Positions 9,324-21,800 of a DNA stretch of 64,000 nt are shown here, piece by piece. The first letter of the stretch is position 1, and each line of letters starts with the position of its first letter. Both the position numbers and the translations under genes were made by a program. The notes under the pieces were generated by a model. The model made no database searches. It saw nothing but the letters and a program-made list of their open reading frames with translations, and was not told the origin of the DNA. Source of the stretch: Eubacterium sp. (GTDB taxonomy: Bacteria; Bacillota; Clostridia; Eubacteriales; Eubacteriaceae); contig JAVXTS010000005.1 of assembly GCA_036642535.1 (NCBI GenBank), positions 27-64,026 on the forward strand, in the 5' to 3' direction.

Positions 9324-10181
9324 ATGAAAAAAAGATTTGGCTTGTTGTTAAGTATTTGTATCACTTTAACGCTAATTTTTGCGTTAACAGGATGCAGTAG
9401 CACACCCAAAAAACTGGAAGCCGGTTCAAATGGTGAATTAATCCTATCCACCACAACCAGTACCCAAGACAGCGGTTTGCTTGATGTTATTCTGCCTGAA
9501 TTTGAAGGTGAAACCGGTATTGCGGTTAAAGTTGTTGCCGTTGGAACTGGTAAAGCCATTGAAATGGGCAAAAACGGTGAAGCGGATGCACTTTTAGTTC
9601 ATGCAAAAAAACAAGAAGAAGCCTTTGTCAAAGAAGGTTATGGTATTGAACGTTTTGATGTTATGTACAATGATTTTATCGTTTTAGGTAGTAAGGATGA
9701 TCCTGCAAAACTTAAAGAAATGGCACCTAACGATGCTGTTAAAGCCTTCAAAACAATTGCCGACGCACAATCGCCTTTTATTTCAAGGGGTGATAAATCC
9801 GGTACTAATACTAAAGAATTAGCATTATGGAAAAAAGCTGGTGTTGATCCTGCCGGACAAGCATGGTATATCGAATCCGGTTCTGGTATGGGTGACACAC
9901 TCAAAATGGCTAATGAAAAATTGGCCTATACTTTAACTGATCGTGCAACATGGTTAAATATGAAAAATAATCTTGATCTTCAAGTCGTTGTTGAAAAAGG
10001 TGATGATTTATACAATCAATATGGTGTCATCGTCGTTAATCCTGAAAAAGTAACCGCAAAACTCAATACTGATAATGCGAAAAAATTTCAGGAATGGATA
10101 CTCAGTGAAAAAACACAAAAACTCATCGGCGATTACAAAATCAATGGTGAACCAACGTTTGTTCCTAACGCATCAAAATAA
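9324..10181 (+). CDS. tupA: Tungstate ABC transporter substrate-binding lipoprotein
   Basis: Lipobox LTGC, tungstate signature TTTS (LSTTTSTQDSGLL) and SRGDKSGT. Confidence 0.92.
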   Translation: MKKRFGLLLSICITLTLIFALTGCSSTPKKLEAGSNGELILSTTTSTQDSGLLDVILPEFEGETGIAVKVVAVGTGKAIEMGKNGEADALLVHAKKQEEAFVKEGYGIERFDVMYNDFIVLGSKDDPAKLKEMAPNDAVKAFKTIADAQSPFISRGDKSGTNTKELALWKKAGVDPAGQAWYIESGSGMGDTLKMANEKLAYTLTDRATWLNMKNNLDLQVVVEKGDDLYNQYGVIVVNPEKVTAKLNTDNAKKFQEWILSEKTQKLIGDYKINGEPTFVPNASK

Positions 10182-10196
10182 GGTTTAATTTTAAAA

Positions 10197-10221
10197 ACAG
10201 CGTCCGTTTTTCGGGCGCTGT
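10197..10221 (+). other. Stem-loop after tupA (probable mRNA stability or partial termination element)
   Basis: ACAGCGTCCG-TTTTT-CGGGCGCTGT. Confidence 0.5.
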
Positions 10222-10254
10222 AGCGTTTTGATAAAGAATTTAAAGAGGATGATT

Positions 10255-10962
10255 ATGGCTTACATTTTAAATGGCTTTATAGAAGCATTCAAATTAATAT
10301 TATCCGGAAATTCTGAAATTTATCAGATTGTTTTTTTATCTTTATACGTTTCTTTTTCTTCCACTTTCTATTCTACACTTATGGGAATTCCTCTCGGTAT
10401 CCTTTTAGGTATTAAACAATTTCGAGGTAAAAAAGCAATTTCGAGATTACTTTATACTTTTATGTCTTTTCCACCAGTCATTATTGGTTTATTTACATCG
10501 CTTATTTTAGCACGTTCCGGTCCCTTTGGTGACCTTAAATTAATGTATACGCCCACCGCTATGATTATTGCACAAATCGTTCTTGTAACACCGGTTATCA
10601 CCGGTATTATTTTCAATGACGCTACAAGCAACGGACAAGAAGTGGTCTCCATTGGAAAAACGCTTGGCGCTTCTGAAAAAGATATTTTATTTCTACTTAT
10701 TCGTGAATTAAAAGCAACTATCATGATTGCACTGGTCACCGGATTTGGTCGTGCTATTTCAGAAGTTGGTGCCGTTATGATTGTTGGTGGTAACATTAAA
10801 AATCACACTCGCGTTATGACAACCTTTATTGCAATGAATAATAACATGGGAGAATATGCCATTTCTATTGCTATGGGCATTATTCTTTTGGTGATTTCTT
10901 TTCTGACGAATTCTATCCTTTACAAATATATGGTAGGTGATTCCAATGCAAATCAAAATTAA
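10255..10962 (+). CDS. tupB: Tungstate ABC transporter permease
   Basis: Hydrophobic protein with GFGRAISEVGAVMIVGGNI...TRVMTT. Confidence 0.9.
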   Translation: MAYILNGFIEAFKLILSGNSEIYQIVFLSLYVSFSSTFYSTLMGIPLGILLGIKQFRGKKAISRLLYTFMSFPPVIIGLFTSLILARSGPFGDLKLMYTPTAMIIAQIVLVTPVITGIIFNDATSNGQEVVSIGKTLGASEKDILFLLIRELKATIMIALVTGFGRAISEVGAVMIVGGNIKNHTRVMTTFIAMNNNMGEYAISIAMGIILLVISFLTNSILYKYMVGDSNANQN

Positions 10963-11647
10963 AAATCTTAAAAAAACATATGGCACCAAAACCGTTTTGA
11001 ATCTTTCAGATCTTAAATTCGAATCCGGTAAAATTCATGGTATTCTCGGTCCCAACGGTTCCGGTAAAACAACTTTTATGAAAATAATCGGTGGTCTTTT
11101 AACCCCTAGCTCAGGTACAATATATTATAATGGTATTTCTGACGCTGATAAGGCATTAAAAAAAATGACTTATGCCAGTCATAATCCTTATCTTTTTTCT
11201 CGATCTGTTCGCGAAAATATTGCTTATCCGTTAAAAATACGAAAAAAAACAAAAGAAGAAATTGACCCAATCGTAAAAGATTTGCTTAAAGAATTTAAAA
11301 TTGAAACTATTGCTAATCAAAATGCAAAAAAACTCTCCGGTGGAGAGTCTCAAAAAACTGCGTTGGCCAGAGCATTATCCTTCTCGCCCGACACCCTTCT
11401 TTTAGACGAGCCTACTGCCAATATTGATCCACAAAGCCTTCGTCTTATTGAAGCATCACTTCTAAAACGCAATATTGAAAAAGATTTAACCGTTATTATT
11501 ATTACACATAATCCTAGTCAAGCTTTTCGCATTTGCCATACTCTAACCTATATAGATGCCGGAAAATGCCTATATACCGGAAATCCAACAGATTTCAAAC
11601 AAGTAGACACTCCCTCTATACAAGATTTTATCTCACTTAATTTATAA
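10946..11647 (+). CDS. tupC: Tungstate ABC transporter ATPase
   Basis: Motifs GPNGSGKTT, LSGGE and LLLDEPT. Confidence 0.88.
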   Translation: MQIKIKNLKKTYGTKTVLNLSDLKFESGKIHGILGPNGSGKTTFMKIIGGLLTPSSGTIYYNGISDADKALKKMTYASHNPYLFSRSVRENIAYPLKIRKKTKEEIDPIVKDLLKEFKIETIANQNAKKLSGGESQKTALARALSFSPDTLLLDEPTANIDPQSLRLIEASLLKRNIEKDLTVIIITHNPSQAFRICHTLTYIDAGKCLYTGNPTDFKQVDTPSIQDFISLNL

Positions 11648-11680
11648 ATTTGCAAAACGTCATTTTAGAAATTATCTTTT

Positions 11681-12922
11681 TTACTTTTTAACAATTTTTG
11701 CTATCGGACAACAAAATTTAGGCTGTGGAATCGATGCCGCAATTACTGCACCAATCAACATCGGTATAATGGCATTAAGTGGAAAACAAATCATAAGCAA
11801 CATGACCACAGCAATAGGTTTACGCATAATTGATCCAGTCACCGCTGCTGTAACAACCGCCACACAAAATGTTGGATCAATCATCGGAAATAAGGCTGCA
11901 CAACTATATCCAATACAAACGCCTGAAAAAATAATGGGAAATATATTTCCACCGCGCCAACCTGTTTCAAAGCAAAAATTGATCATAAAAAGTTTCATAA
12001 CTCCCGTTAAAATAAGTATCCAAATCGGAAAAGTTTGCCAACTATTCATCATTTCACCCATCTGGTGTTCACCGGCAAAAAGCGTATAGGGCAAAAGTGT
12101 CCCCATGATCCCCAATCCAAGTCCCCCAATTACGGCAAGCATTATTTTACGTTTTTCAATTGGTTTTACTATTTTCTTAACAGCAACTCCAAACAGTGGA
12201 TATAAAATACCACAAAGTGTTCCGACTAATGCTAGTGGGATCATAGCGATCCACTCACCGTTTCCTGTTTTAATAGATGTAAAACGCCCCATCCCAATAC
12301 CACCACCAAAAATTCCAGACAAAAACATAAACATACCAAATCCGGCAAAAATAGCAATAAAATATAACAGTATTTTCGAGTTTTTAGGAATTCCTTTTGT
12401 GTTATTCTCATCTTCAATGTCATTCACAAAACCAAAAAGAGGCGCATGAAAAATAACTCCTAATGTAGCAGCAACACCAACTTGTGCCAATTCATCTACT
12501 TCGGCATAAGTTTTTTTAAAACGATCTGCCAGCCAATAACAAAGTCCTGCTATAACACCGGTCAAGCCGGCTTCAGGTCCGAGGCTACCGCCAAAAATCA
12601 GTGGTATCAGTGCACAAAGTGCAATAATATGCAGATTGTTGTAAGGAATACGTTTTCCTGTTTTGATCTCTCCCATTACCACATTCAGTTCTTTTGGATA
12701 AGATCCAAATTTTTTTTGAAGTAAGCCAATCAACAAACCACCCATTGTACAAACGATCACTCCATAAAACGGAATATTCAATTGTTCAGGAATCCACTGC
12801 CAGACAAAATCAATTCCTAAGTCCATCACACGTAATAAAATCCATATGATACTTCCCACAACTACACCTAAAAAAGCAATAAAAATACCTAAAACAAGAT
12901 TGTTTTTCAATTTAGCCCACAT
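11681..12922 (-). CDS. CLC (EriC-like) chloride channel/transporter family protein
   Basis: Multiple TM segments; GGSLGPEAG and GWRGGNIFP motifs. Confidence 0.8.
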   Translation of the reverse strand: MWAKLKNNLVLGIFIAFLGVVVGSIIWILLRVMDLGIDFVWQWIPEQLNIPFYGVIVCTMGGLLIGLLQKKFGSYPKELNVVMGEIKTGKRIPYNNLHIIALCALIPLIFGGSLGPEAGLTGVIAGLCYWLADRFKKTYAEVDELAQVGVAATLGVIFHAPLFGFVNDIEDENNTKGIPKNSKILLYFIAIFAGFGMFMFLSGIFGGGIGMGRFTSIKTGNGEWIAMIPLALVGTLCGILYPLFGVAVKKIVKPIEKRKIMLAVIGGLGLGIMGTLLPYTLFAGEHQMGEMMNSWQTFPIWILILTGVMKLFMINFCFETGWRGGNIFPIIFSGVCIGYSCAALFPMIDPTFCVAVVTAAVTGSIMRKPIAVVMLLMICFPLNAIIPMLIGAVIAASIPQPKFCCPIAKIVKK

Positions 12923-12960
12923 TAGTGAACTCCCCCTTTTTTATTGTTTTCCCTAGAATA

Positions 12961-12995
12961 AACGGAAACAAATACATAACGTATCTGTTTCCGTT
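12961..12995 (-). terminator. Hairpin terminator after purD
   Basis: AACGGAAACA...TGTTTCCGTT inverted repeat. Confidence 0.55.
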
Positions 12996-13001
12996 TATTT
13001 T

Positions 13002-14261
13002 TCAATCTATCATTTTTGCAATATCGGTCCGATAACGCGCACCGTTAAATTTAATTTTATCGAGTTCATTATAAACTTTGATACGTGCAATTTCTCTATT
13101 TTTTCCCAATGCTGATACACAAAGAACACGTCCTCCTGCCGTTACTAGTTTACCGTCCTTAATGTCGGTACCGGCATGAAAAACTTCACAACCTTCAACA
13201 TTTTCAATTCCTGTGATTTCAAAACCCTTTTTGTATGAAGACGGATAGCCTCCGGATGCAATCACAACGGTTACTGCAGCTTCATTTTTCCAATCGATCT
13301 TACACTCTGAAAGTTTACCGTCAATACAAGCTTCCATAATATCAACAAGATCACTGTTCATCCGCATAAGTACACTTTGAGCTTCCGGATCACCAAAACG
13401 TACATTAAATTCCAATACTTTAGGTATCCCGTTTTCAATCATCAATCCGATAAATAAAATCCCCTTAAAATTCATATTATCTGATTTTAAACCATTGATA
13501 ATCGGTGTTAAAATTGTATTTTCAATGCGTTTATTAAGTGCTTCATCATCAAAAAGAATATTGGGTGAGTATGTTCCCATACCACCGGTATTTAAACCTT
13601 CGTCATGATCATAGGCTCTTTTATAATCCTGTGCACTTTCCATTGGCACAATTGTTTTTCCATCAACAAAACAAAGCATCGAGGCCTCTTGACCGGTTAA
13701 AAATTCTTCTACAACCACTTTATCTCCAGCTTTTCCAAATTCATGATCGGCCATAATCATTTTGATACCATCTTTAGCTTCTGCTTCGTTCTCGACAATC
13801 AGTACCCCTTTTCCGGCAGCCAGACCATCTGCCTTGATTACCATCGGAAAACCATAAATACCAATATCTTTTAAAATTTCATCATAATCAGTATATTCTT
13901 TGTAGGCTGCTGTTGGAATATTGTGGCGTAACAAAAATTCTTTTGTAAATGCCTTACTACCTTCAAACTCAGCACATTCCTTATTGGGACCAAATACCCG
14001 TAGACCTTCTTTTTCAAAAGCATCAACCATCCCTAAAACAAGAGGCACTTCCGGACCAACTACAGTTAAATCAATGGTATTTTCTTTTGCAAATTTTAGA
14101 CAACCTTCAATGTCTTCAACCGATAAATCTACACACTCTGCAATATCTGCCATGCCACCATTACCCGGTGCACAATAAATTTTTTCAACTTTTGGGCTCT
14201 GAGCAATTTTCCATGTTAAAACGTGCTCTCTTCCGCCAGAACCTATTACTAATATTTTCAT
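13002..14261 (-). CDS. purD: Phosphoribosylamine-glycine ligase
   Basis: Motifs GSGGREH, KADGLAAGKGV and EFNVRFGDPE. Confidence 0.97.
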   Translation of the reverse strand: MKILVIGSGGREHVLTWKIAQSPKVEKIYCAPGNGGMADIAECVDLSVEDIEGCLKFAKENTIDLTVVGPEVPLVLGMVDAFEKEGLRVFGPNKECAEFEGSKAFTKEFLLRHNIPTAAYKEYTDYDEILKDIGIYGFPMVIKADGLAAGKGVLIVENEAEAKDGIKMIMADHEFGKAGDKVVVEEFLTGQEASMLCFVDGKTIVPMESAQDYKRAYDHDEGLNTGGMGTYSPNILFDDEALNKRIENTILTPIINGLKSDNMNFKGILFIGLMIENGIPKVLEFNVRFGDPEAQSVLMRMNSDLVDIMEACIDGKLSECKIDWKNEAAVTVVIASGGYPSSYKKGFEITGIENVEGCEVFHAGTDIKDGKLVTAGGRVLCVSALGKNREIARIKVYNELDKIKFNGARYRTDIAKMID

Positions 14262-14299
14262 CACTTATCTCCTCGCAACCAGGATTTTTTATCAAAATT

Positions 14300-15832
14300 T
14301 TAGCTATGTTTAAAATGGCGCATTCCTGTAAACACCATTGCAATACCATTTTCATTACAAACTTTAATGGAATCGGCATCTTTTCCTGCTCCACCCGGCT
14401 GAATAATAGCAGTAATGCCTGCTTTTACAGCCGCCTTGACACAATCGTCAAATGGAAAAAATGCATCTGATGCCATAACAGAACCTTTAACCCGATCTTC
14501 CCCATGTTCAATACAATTGAGTAATGGCCAGATACGGTTTACTTGACCCGGACCATTAGCAACCATACATTTATCTTTAGCTAATGTAATCGCATTTGAT
14601 TTTGTATTTTTAACCGCTTTCCAGGCAAATAATAAATCATCCATTTCTTTTGTTGTCGGTGCTCTGTCTGTAACAATTTCTAATTTTTCATAAGATTTTG
14701 TATCTCTCTCCTGTATCAACATACCACCAAGCACTTTTTTCATTTCAAATCCTGGCTCATTATAAAGAATATCATCCAATTTTAACAAACGTAAATTTTC
14801 TTTTGCGCTTAAAATTTTAAGTGCTTCGTCTGTAAATTCTGGTGCCACAATCACTTCGAGAAAAATTTCAACCATTTGTTTTGCGGTAGCCGCATCAATT
14901 TCACCGTTAGATGCAATGATTCCCCCAAAAATAGAGGTTGGATCTGCTTCATATGCTTTTTTATAGGCTTCCGAGATATTAGCTGCACTCGCTACACCAC
15001 ACGGATTTGCATGCTTAACCGCTACAATAGTCGGTTCCTCTGTATATTCTTTTAAAATTTCGATCGCACCGTTTGTATCATTAATATTATTATAAGAAAG
15101 TTCTTTACCTTGGAGTTGAACTGCGTTTGTCAGTGCTCCTTTTGCAATACCGATTTCTTTATAGAATGCGGCTTTTTGATGTGGGTTTTCACCATAGCGG
15201 AGATCCTGAACTTTTTCAAAAGTCATCGTCACGGTATCTTTAAGTACTTCTCCTTTAATCCGTTTTCTTAAATAATCAGAAATCATCGTATCATAAGCTG
15301 CCGTTGTTTCAAATACTTTAAGAGCTAATTGATAGCGTGTGTCATATTTCGTTGCTCCTTCTGTTTGAAGTTCTTCCAAAACAACTGCATAATCATCCGG
15401 ATCAACCACAACCGTCACATCATTAAAATTTTTTGCTGCGGAACGAAGCATTGTTGGACCACCGATATCAATATTTTCAATACAATCTTCAAATGCAACA
15501 TCTGCTTTTAAAATCGTATTTTTAAACGGGTATAAGTTAATAACTAATAAATCAATGGGCGTAATTCCCAATTCTTTAATTTGTTTCTGATGATTTTCGT
15601 TGGAACGAATATTTAAAATACCGCCGTGAATCTTAGGATGTAACGTTTTAACGCGACCATCCAAACACTCTGGAAATCCGGTAACATCTGATACGCTGAT
15701 CACTTCTACACCGGCTTCACGCAAGGCTTTTGATGTTCCCCCTGTCGATAGAATCTCCCAGCCCATCGCTACCAATTTTTGTGCAAATTCAACAATTCCG
15801 GTTTTATCTGATACACTAATTAACGCTCTCAT
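14300..15832 (-). CDS. purH: Bifunctional AICAR transformylase / IMP cyclohydrolase
   Basis: Motifs [26 protein letters not shown] and RHFKH. Confidence 0.97.
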   Translation of the reverse strand: MRALISVSDKTGIVEFAQKLVAMGWEILSTGGTSKALREAGVEVISVSDVTGFPECLDGRVKTLHPKIHGGILNIRSNENHQKQIKELGITPIDLLVINLYPFKNTILKADVAFEDCIENIDIGGPTMLRSAAKNFNDVTVVVDPDDYAVVLEELQTEGATKYDTRYQLALKVFETTAAYDTMISDYLRKRIKGEVLKDTVTMTFEKVQDLRYGENPHQKAAFYKEIGIAKGALTNAVQLQGKELSYNNINDTNGAIEILKEYTEEPTIVAVKHANPCGVASAANISEAYKKAYEADPTSIFGGIIASNGEIDAATAKQMVEIFLEVIVAPEFTDEALKILSAKENLRLLKLDDILYNEPGFEMKKVLGGMLIQERDTKSYEKLEIVTDRAPTTKEMDDLLFAWKAVKNTKSNAITLAKDKCMVANGPGQVNRIWPLLNCIEHGEDRVKGSVMASDAFFPFDDCVKAAVKAGITAIIQPGGAGKDADSIKVCNENGIAMVFTGMRHFKHS

Positions 15833-16455
15833 TATTTTCCTCCATTTTCAATTGACACGTGTCTTCCATTCACATGTATATTTCCCAGGCAGTATTGCTC
15901 AACTACCTTCGGCAACAAAGTATGCTCTATTTCTAATACTTTTTTTTGTATGGATTCGGGCGTATCGTCGTCCATCACTGCCACTGTTTTCTGGGCAATA
16001 ATCGGTCCTGCGTCCGCTTTTTCATTGACAAAATGCACCGTTGCCCCCGTTACTTTAACACCATAACGAATAACTGCTTTATGCACTTTCATACCATAAT
16101 AGCCTTCTCCACAAAAAGAAGGAATCAAGGCGGGATGAATATTAATAATACGGTCGGGATAAGCTTTTACAAAAGAAGTCGTTATTATTTTCATATATCC
16201 TGCTAAGACAACCAGTTCCACGCCATATTCTTTCAATGTTTCAATCATTTTTGTATTAAAAGCATCATTACTTTCATAATCTTTTTCCAATATTATTTCA
16301 GTTGGAATATCACTTTTTTTTGCACGGATTAAACCGTAAGCATCTGCATTATTGGCAATTACCACGGCAATTTCGCCCGATTTTTTATGAACTTTATCGA
16401 TGACTGCCTGAAGGTTTGTTCCGCCTCCAGACACTAATACACCTATTTTTAACAT
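15832..16455 (-). CDS. purN: Phosphoribosylglycinamide formyltransferase
   Basis: Motifs [18 protein letters not shown] and GATVHFV. Confidence 0.96.
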   Translation of the reverse strand: MLKIGVLVSGGGTNLQAVIDKVHKKSGEIAVVIANNADAYGLIRAKKSDIPTEIILEKDYESNDAFNTKMIETLKEYGVELVVLAGYMKIITTSFVKAYPDRIINIHPALIPSFCGEGYYGMKVHKAVIRYGVKVTGATVHFVNEKADAGPIIAQKTVAVMDDDTPESIQKKVLEIEHTLLPKVVEQYCLGNIHVNGRHVSIENGGK

Positions 16456-17480
16456 AATTCTATCTTACTTTCACCTTTTATAATTTCACCCAGAACAACC
16501 GGTTTTTCACCTTTAGATTTTAATGCGTTTGTAAAGCCATCCACTTTATCTTTAGGCAATGCAATCACTAAGCCAATGCCCATATTAAATGTTGAGTACA
16601 TTTCATCTTCGGAAATTTTTCCAGCTTCTTGAATAAAAGTAAAAATCGGTAATGATTCAATTCCTGATATATCAATCTTTGCACATAAACCATTCGGAAT
16701 CATACGCGGAATATTTTCATAAAATCCACCGCCGGTAACATGGCTCATTCCTTTAATACCATAGGCAGAAATGGTATTTTCCATTGCTTTAACATAAATT
16801 TTTGTTGGTGTTAGTAATGTTTCACCTAATGTTCCACCCAGATCTTCAACTTTTGTTGTTACATCCATTTTTAAATCTTTAAATAATACTTTACGCACCA
16901 GTGAAAATCCGTTACTATGAACGCCTGTCGAAGGCAAACCAACAAGAACATCACCTTCTGAAATGTTTTGTCCCGTTACAATGTCATCTTTTTCGACAAC
17001 GCCAACTGCAAAACCGGCCAGATCATAATCATCTAAACTATACATATCCGGCATTTCTGCTGTTTCACCGCCAATTAAAGCCATACCACTTTGAACGCAT
17101 CCTTCAGCCACACCTTTTACAATCTGTGCAATTTTTTCTGGATAATTTTTGCCACAAGCAATATAATCTAAAAAGAATAAAGGTTTAGCTCCCTGACATA
17201 AAATATCATTCACACACATTGCAACTGCATCAATACCGATCGTTTCATGCTGATCCATCATAAATGCAATCATTAATTTCGTTCCGACACCATCGGTGCC
17301 TGAAACTAAAACTGGTTTTTTATAACCTTCCGGAAGTTCAATTAAGCCGCCAAAACCGCCTAAATGGGATAATACATGCTGATTGAAAGTTCTTTGAACA
17401 TCCTCTTTCATCAATTTTACAGATTCATAACCAGCCTCAACATCGACGCCAGCTGCTTTATAAGCATCTGTTACTGCCAT
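16449..17480 (-). CDS. purM: AIR synthetase
   Basis: Motifs [22 protein letters not shown] and HSNGFSL; RBS before ATG at 17480. Confidence 0.96.
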   Translation of the reverse strand: MAVTDAYKAAGVDVEAGYESVKLMKEDVQRTFNQHVLSHLGGFGGLIELPEGYKKPVLVSGTDGVGTKLMIAFMMDQHETIGIDAVAMCVNDILCQGAKPLFFLDYIACGKNYPEKIAQIVKGVAEGCVQSGMALIGGETAEMPDMYSLDDYDLAGFAVGVVEKDDIVTGQNISEGDVLVGLPSTGVHSNGFSLVRKVLFKDLKMDVTTKVEDLGGTLGETLLTPTKIYVKAMENTISAYGIKGMSHVTGGGFYENIPRMIPNGLCAKIDISGIESLPIFTFIQEAGKISEDEMYSTFNMGIGLVIALPKDKVDGFTNALKSKGEKPVVLGEIIKGESKIELC

Positions 17481-17498
17481 ATCTCTCTCCTTTTTTCT

Positions 17499-17573
17499 CA
17501 TCCACCAGTTTTAACACCGGTATTTACCATCAGAAAACATTGATCCAAATGCTTAAAAGCATTTGATCAACAT
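17499..17573 (-). pseudogene. Possible deletion scar of purF
   Basis: Occupies the usual purF slot between purC and purM; RBS-like GAAGGA plus ATG, then a degenerate C-F-D-G-K-Y-P-V-like end. Confidence 0.4.
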
Positions 17574-17598
17574 TTTCTTCCTTCATTTAATTTAAGAT

Positions 17599-18306
17599 TT
17601 ATCCGTTGACGCGTTTTAGCATTTCTTTATACGCTTCTTCAATATTTCCCAAGTCACGTCTGAAACGATCTTTATCCAGTTTTTCACCTGTTTCTACATC
17701 CCAGAAACGACAGGTATCTGGTGATACTTCATCTGCTAAAACAATTTCACCATCATTTGTTTTACCATATTCTACTTTGAAATCAACAAGATTAATGCCT
17801 TTTTCAAAGAAATAAGCTTTTAAAATATCATTAACTTTAAATGTCATCGCACGAATCACTTCAATTTCATCCGCCGTTGCAAGACCCATGGCTTTGGCGT
17901 GATAATCATTAATCACCGGATCACCATAATCATCATTTTTATAACAAAATTCAAAAATTGGTTCTGACAATACTTTTCCTTCTTCAATACCCAGGCGTTT
18001 ACAAATAGAACCTGCTGCTGTATTACGGATAATAACTTCTAATGGAAAAATCGTCACCGCTTTAACTAGTTGTTCATTGTCTGATAATAATTTAATAAAA
18101 TGTGTGTGAATACCCTTTTCCTCTAACATTTGATAAATGGTAGCTGTCATCTTGTTATTAATCACACCTTTACCAGAAATCGTTCCTTTTTTGGCACCAT
18201 TGCCGGCTGTTGCATCATCTTTATATTCAATAATATACTGATTTGCATCATCTGTTTTAAATACTTTTTTTGCTTTTCCTTCATACAGTTGTTCTAATTT
18301 TTCCAT
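17599..18306 (-). CDS. purC: SAICAR synthetase
   Basis: Motifs [28 protein letters not shown] and DKDRFR. Confidence 0.97.
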   Translation of the reverse strand: MEKLEQLYEGKAKKVFKTDDANQYIIEYKDDATAGNGAKKGTISGKGVINNKMTATIYQMLEEKGIHTHFIKLLSDNEQLVKAVTIFPLEVIIRNTAAGSICKRLGIEEGKVLSEPIFEFCYKNDDYGDPVINDYHAKAMGLATADEIEVIRAMTFKVNDILKAYFFEKGINLVDFKVEYGKTNDGEIVLADEVSPDTCRFWDVETGEKLDKDRFRRDLGNIEEAYKEMLKRVNG

Positions 18307-18366
18307 TTGTTACTCTCCTAAAATTATTTTATTAAATTCTAAATGCGCTTTTAAATATATTGGTGT

Positions 18367-18858
18367 CTATTTCATTAATTCCTGAAGTTTATCATTTTTT
18401 GCTTCAACTTCATCATTAAGTGTTGTTTTATAAACTTTCATTTTCTCACGAATTTCAGGATATTTTATTGACAGCATCTGAGCGGCTAAAATCCCTGCAT
18501 TTTCAGCTCCATTGACCGCAACCGTTGCAACAGGAACACCTGAGGGCATCTGCACAATAGATAATAATGAGTCAAGGCCTCCTTGAAAAGAAGTCTGAAT
18601 CGGAATGCCTATAACCGGTAAAGGTGTAATTCCGGCAATAACACCCGGTAAATGTGCTGCTTTTCCGGCTGCACCAATAATCAGTTCAATTCCATTTGCT
18701 TCTGCATCTCTTGCATATGCAAAAATCTTTTCAGGATTTCGATGGGCAGAAATTACTTCTGCATCATATTCAATATCAAATCTTTCAAGAGCAATCAAGC
18801 ATTTTTTAACAACATCAAAATCTGAATCACTACCCATAATTACAGCAACTTTTGGCAT
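18367..18858 (-). CDS. purE: N5-CAIR mutase / AIR carboxylase
   Basis: Motifs IMGSDSD, SAHR, AAHLPG and SIVQMPSGVPVATV. Confidence 0.97.
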   Translation of the reverse strand: MPKVAVIMGSDSDFDVVKKCLIALERFDIEYDAEVISAHRNPEKIFAYARDAEANGIELIIGAAGKAAHLPGVIAGITPLPVIGIPIQTSFQGGLDSLLSIVQMPSGVPVATVAVNGAENAGILAAQMLSIKYPEIREKMKVYKTTLNDEVEAKNDKLQELMK

Positions 18859-18877
18859 AATAAATCTCTCCTAATCT

Positions 18878-21800
18878 CTATTTAAAATATTCAACTCCGG
18901 AGCGGAAGATCTGCTGATCTTTTTCACCCGGAATATTTTTGTATAAACCTTGCCCAATTCTTTCAGAATGTCCCATTTTACCAAAAATACGGCCATCTGC
19001 ACTGGTGATTCCTTCAACCGCACCAGTCGATCCATTGGGGTTAAAGTGTCCATCCATCGTTGCATTACCTTTAAAATCAACGTATTGCGTTGCAATCTGA
19101 CCCTTTTCAATTAATTCTTTCATCACCGATTCTTCAGCAATAAAGCGACCTTCTCCATGTGACATCGGTATTCTATACGTGCTACCCACCGTTGCGCCGG
19201 CAAGCCAAGGTGACAAGTTTGAAACTACTTTTGTCATTGGAATGGTTGAAATATGTCGACTAATTGTATTGTAAGTCAGCGTTGGCATTTCAGGTTCGAT
19301 ATCAATAATTTCACCATATGGTACAAGTCCCAATTTAATGAGTGCTTGGAAGCCATTGCAAATTCCAAGCATCAAGCCATCACGGTTTTTAATCAAGTCC
19401 ATCACCGCATCTTTAATTTCAGGATTTCTGAAAACCGCAGCAATAAATTTACCCGAGCCATCAGGTTGATCTCCGGCACTAAATCCACCCGGAATCATAA
19501 TCATTTGAGATTGTCTTATTGTTTCAGCCATTTCTTTAATTGATGCTTTAATATCTTCTGCTGTTCGGTTTCTAAAAATAATCGTCTTGGGCATTGCACC
19601 GGCGTTTTCAAATGCTTTTGCCGTATCATACTCACAATTTGTACCCGGAAATACTGGAATAAATACTTGAGGTGCTGTAAATTTTTCGTTGGATTTTACT
19701 GCTGAGCCTCCGATATATTTTACGTTTTGTACTGTTCCCTCGATCGTTTTTATTTCTGGATACACACTACGCATGGGGGCTTCCCATGTTTCAATCAATG
19801 TATCTAATTCAAGAACTGTTCCTTTATACATCAACTCTGATCGTTCTAACGTTGAACCGATATAAAAAGCATTTTCGATTTTTTCTGTTACTTCTACAAC
19901 AATACTACCACAAAGTGGTGTGAATAATTTATTTTCTGCAACGGTATCACTGATGGCAATCCCTATTTTATTTCCAAAAGACATTTTTGCCAATGTTTCT
20001 GCCAAACCCATCTGACCGACCGTTTTAGCCGATAAAATTTTACCTTCTAAATTCAAACACCGAATAGTACTGTACATTTTTGCTAAAGCATCATAATCAA
20101 CCAAACCCTTATCGTCTTTTACTACTTCAAAAAGATATAATTTTGATCCTATCTTTTTAATTTCTGCCGTTACAATATGATCAACCTCATCCGGTGCTAC
20201 CGCAAATGAAATAATTGTCGGTGGTACTGTTCGATGTTCAAAGGTACCGGACATACTATCTTTACCTCCGATAGCCGGAATACCAAGCGCTTTCTGTGCC
20301 TCGAAAGCACCTAAAAGTGCAGCAAACGGCTTGCCCCATTTTTCAGGATCTTTGTTTAAACGTTCAAAATATTCCTGAAAGCTTAAACGTGCTTTTTTGT
20401 AATCACCACCCATGGCAACCACTTTTGATAAAGATTCAACAACACATGAAACACCACCATGGAATGGACTCCATTTTGCAATTTCAGGATTGTATCCATA
20501 GGTCATAATACTACAAGTTTTTGTATCTCCATGAATAACCGGAATCTTTGCAGACATTCCGTCTTGGGGTGTGAGAGCGTACTTCCCACCAAAAGGCATC
20601 ACCACTGTTCCTGCCCCAATGGTACTGTCAAACATTTCGGATAACCCTTTTTGACTAGCCACATTAATATCTTTAAGAATAGCTATTATTTTTTCTTTAA
20701 AATCAATTTTTTCTGATTTTTTTTCAATGGCTTTCGGTTCTTTCACCAAAACATCGGTATATTGAGCCGCACCGTTGGTATCTAAAAACGCTCGAGATAA
20801 ATTTAAAATTTCTTTATCACGCCATTTCATCACAAGTCTACCTGTATCCGTCACTGTAGCCACCTGGGTAACTTCCAAATTTTCAGCATTTCCCATAGCA
20901 ATAAATTGCTCAACATTTTCAGGTTTAACCACAACGGCCATTCGTTCTTGCGATTCGGAAATCGCTAATTCTGTTCCATCAAGGCCTTCATATTTTTTAG
21001 GCACTTTATCCAGATCAATATCCAAACTTTCAGCAAGCTCTCCGATCGCAACAGATACCCCACCGGCTCCAAAGTCATTACAACGCTTAATCATTCTTGC
21101 CAAATCGCCATTTCTAAAAAGACGTTGAATTTTACGCTCTTCAACCGGATTTCCCTTTTGAACTTCTGCTCCGCTTTCATGAATCGATTCTTCTGTATGT
21201 GCCTTGGACGAACCCGTTGCACCTCCACATCCGTCGCGACCTGTTTTTCCGCCTACAAGGAGAATAATGTCCCCCGGTACAGGACGTTCCCGACGTACAT
21301 TTTCTTTTGGTGTTGCCGCAATCACTGCACCAACTTCCATTCTTTTGGCCAAAAAACCCGGATCATATACTTCGACAACCTGTCCAGTAGCCAAACCAAT
21401 CTGATTACCGTAGGAACTGTACCCATGGGCAGCTTCCTGGGAAATTTTACGCTGAGGTAATTTGCCTGAAAGCGTTTCTTCAATTGGTGTTCTCGGATCC
21501 CACGCACCGGTAAGACGCATTGCCTGATAAACATAACTTCTTCCGGATAGTGGATCTCGAATGGCACCACCAAGACACGTTGCCGCACCACCAAAAGGTT
21601 CAATTTCCGTTGGATGATTGTGTGTTTCATTTTTAAACATCAGTAACCAGTCTTCATCCAAACCGTCATGATCAACTTTAATATTAATACTGCAAGCATT
21701 AATTTCTTCCGATTCATCTAAATCAGGAACCAGACCACGTTTTTTAACATCTTTTGTGCCAATAACCGCCAAATCCATCAACGTCATCGGACGTTCTGTA

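Noticed and set aside
11681-12922. CLC protein as a fluoride exporter
   Set aside because: It lacks the CLC-F signatures (GNNLI/GMGLI, GREGT, GEVTP), and no fluoride riboswitch is visible upstream.
18367-18858. purE without purK
   Set aside because: Common in clostridia and other anaerobes of CO2-rich habitats.
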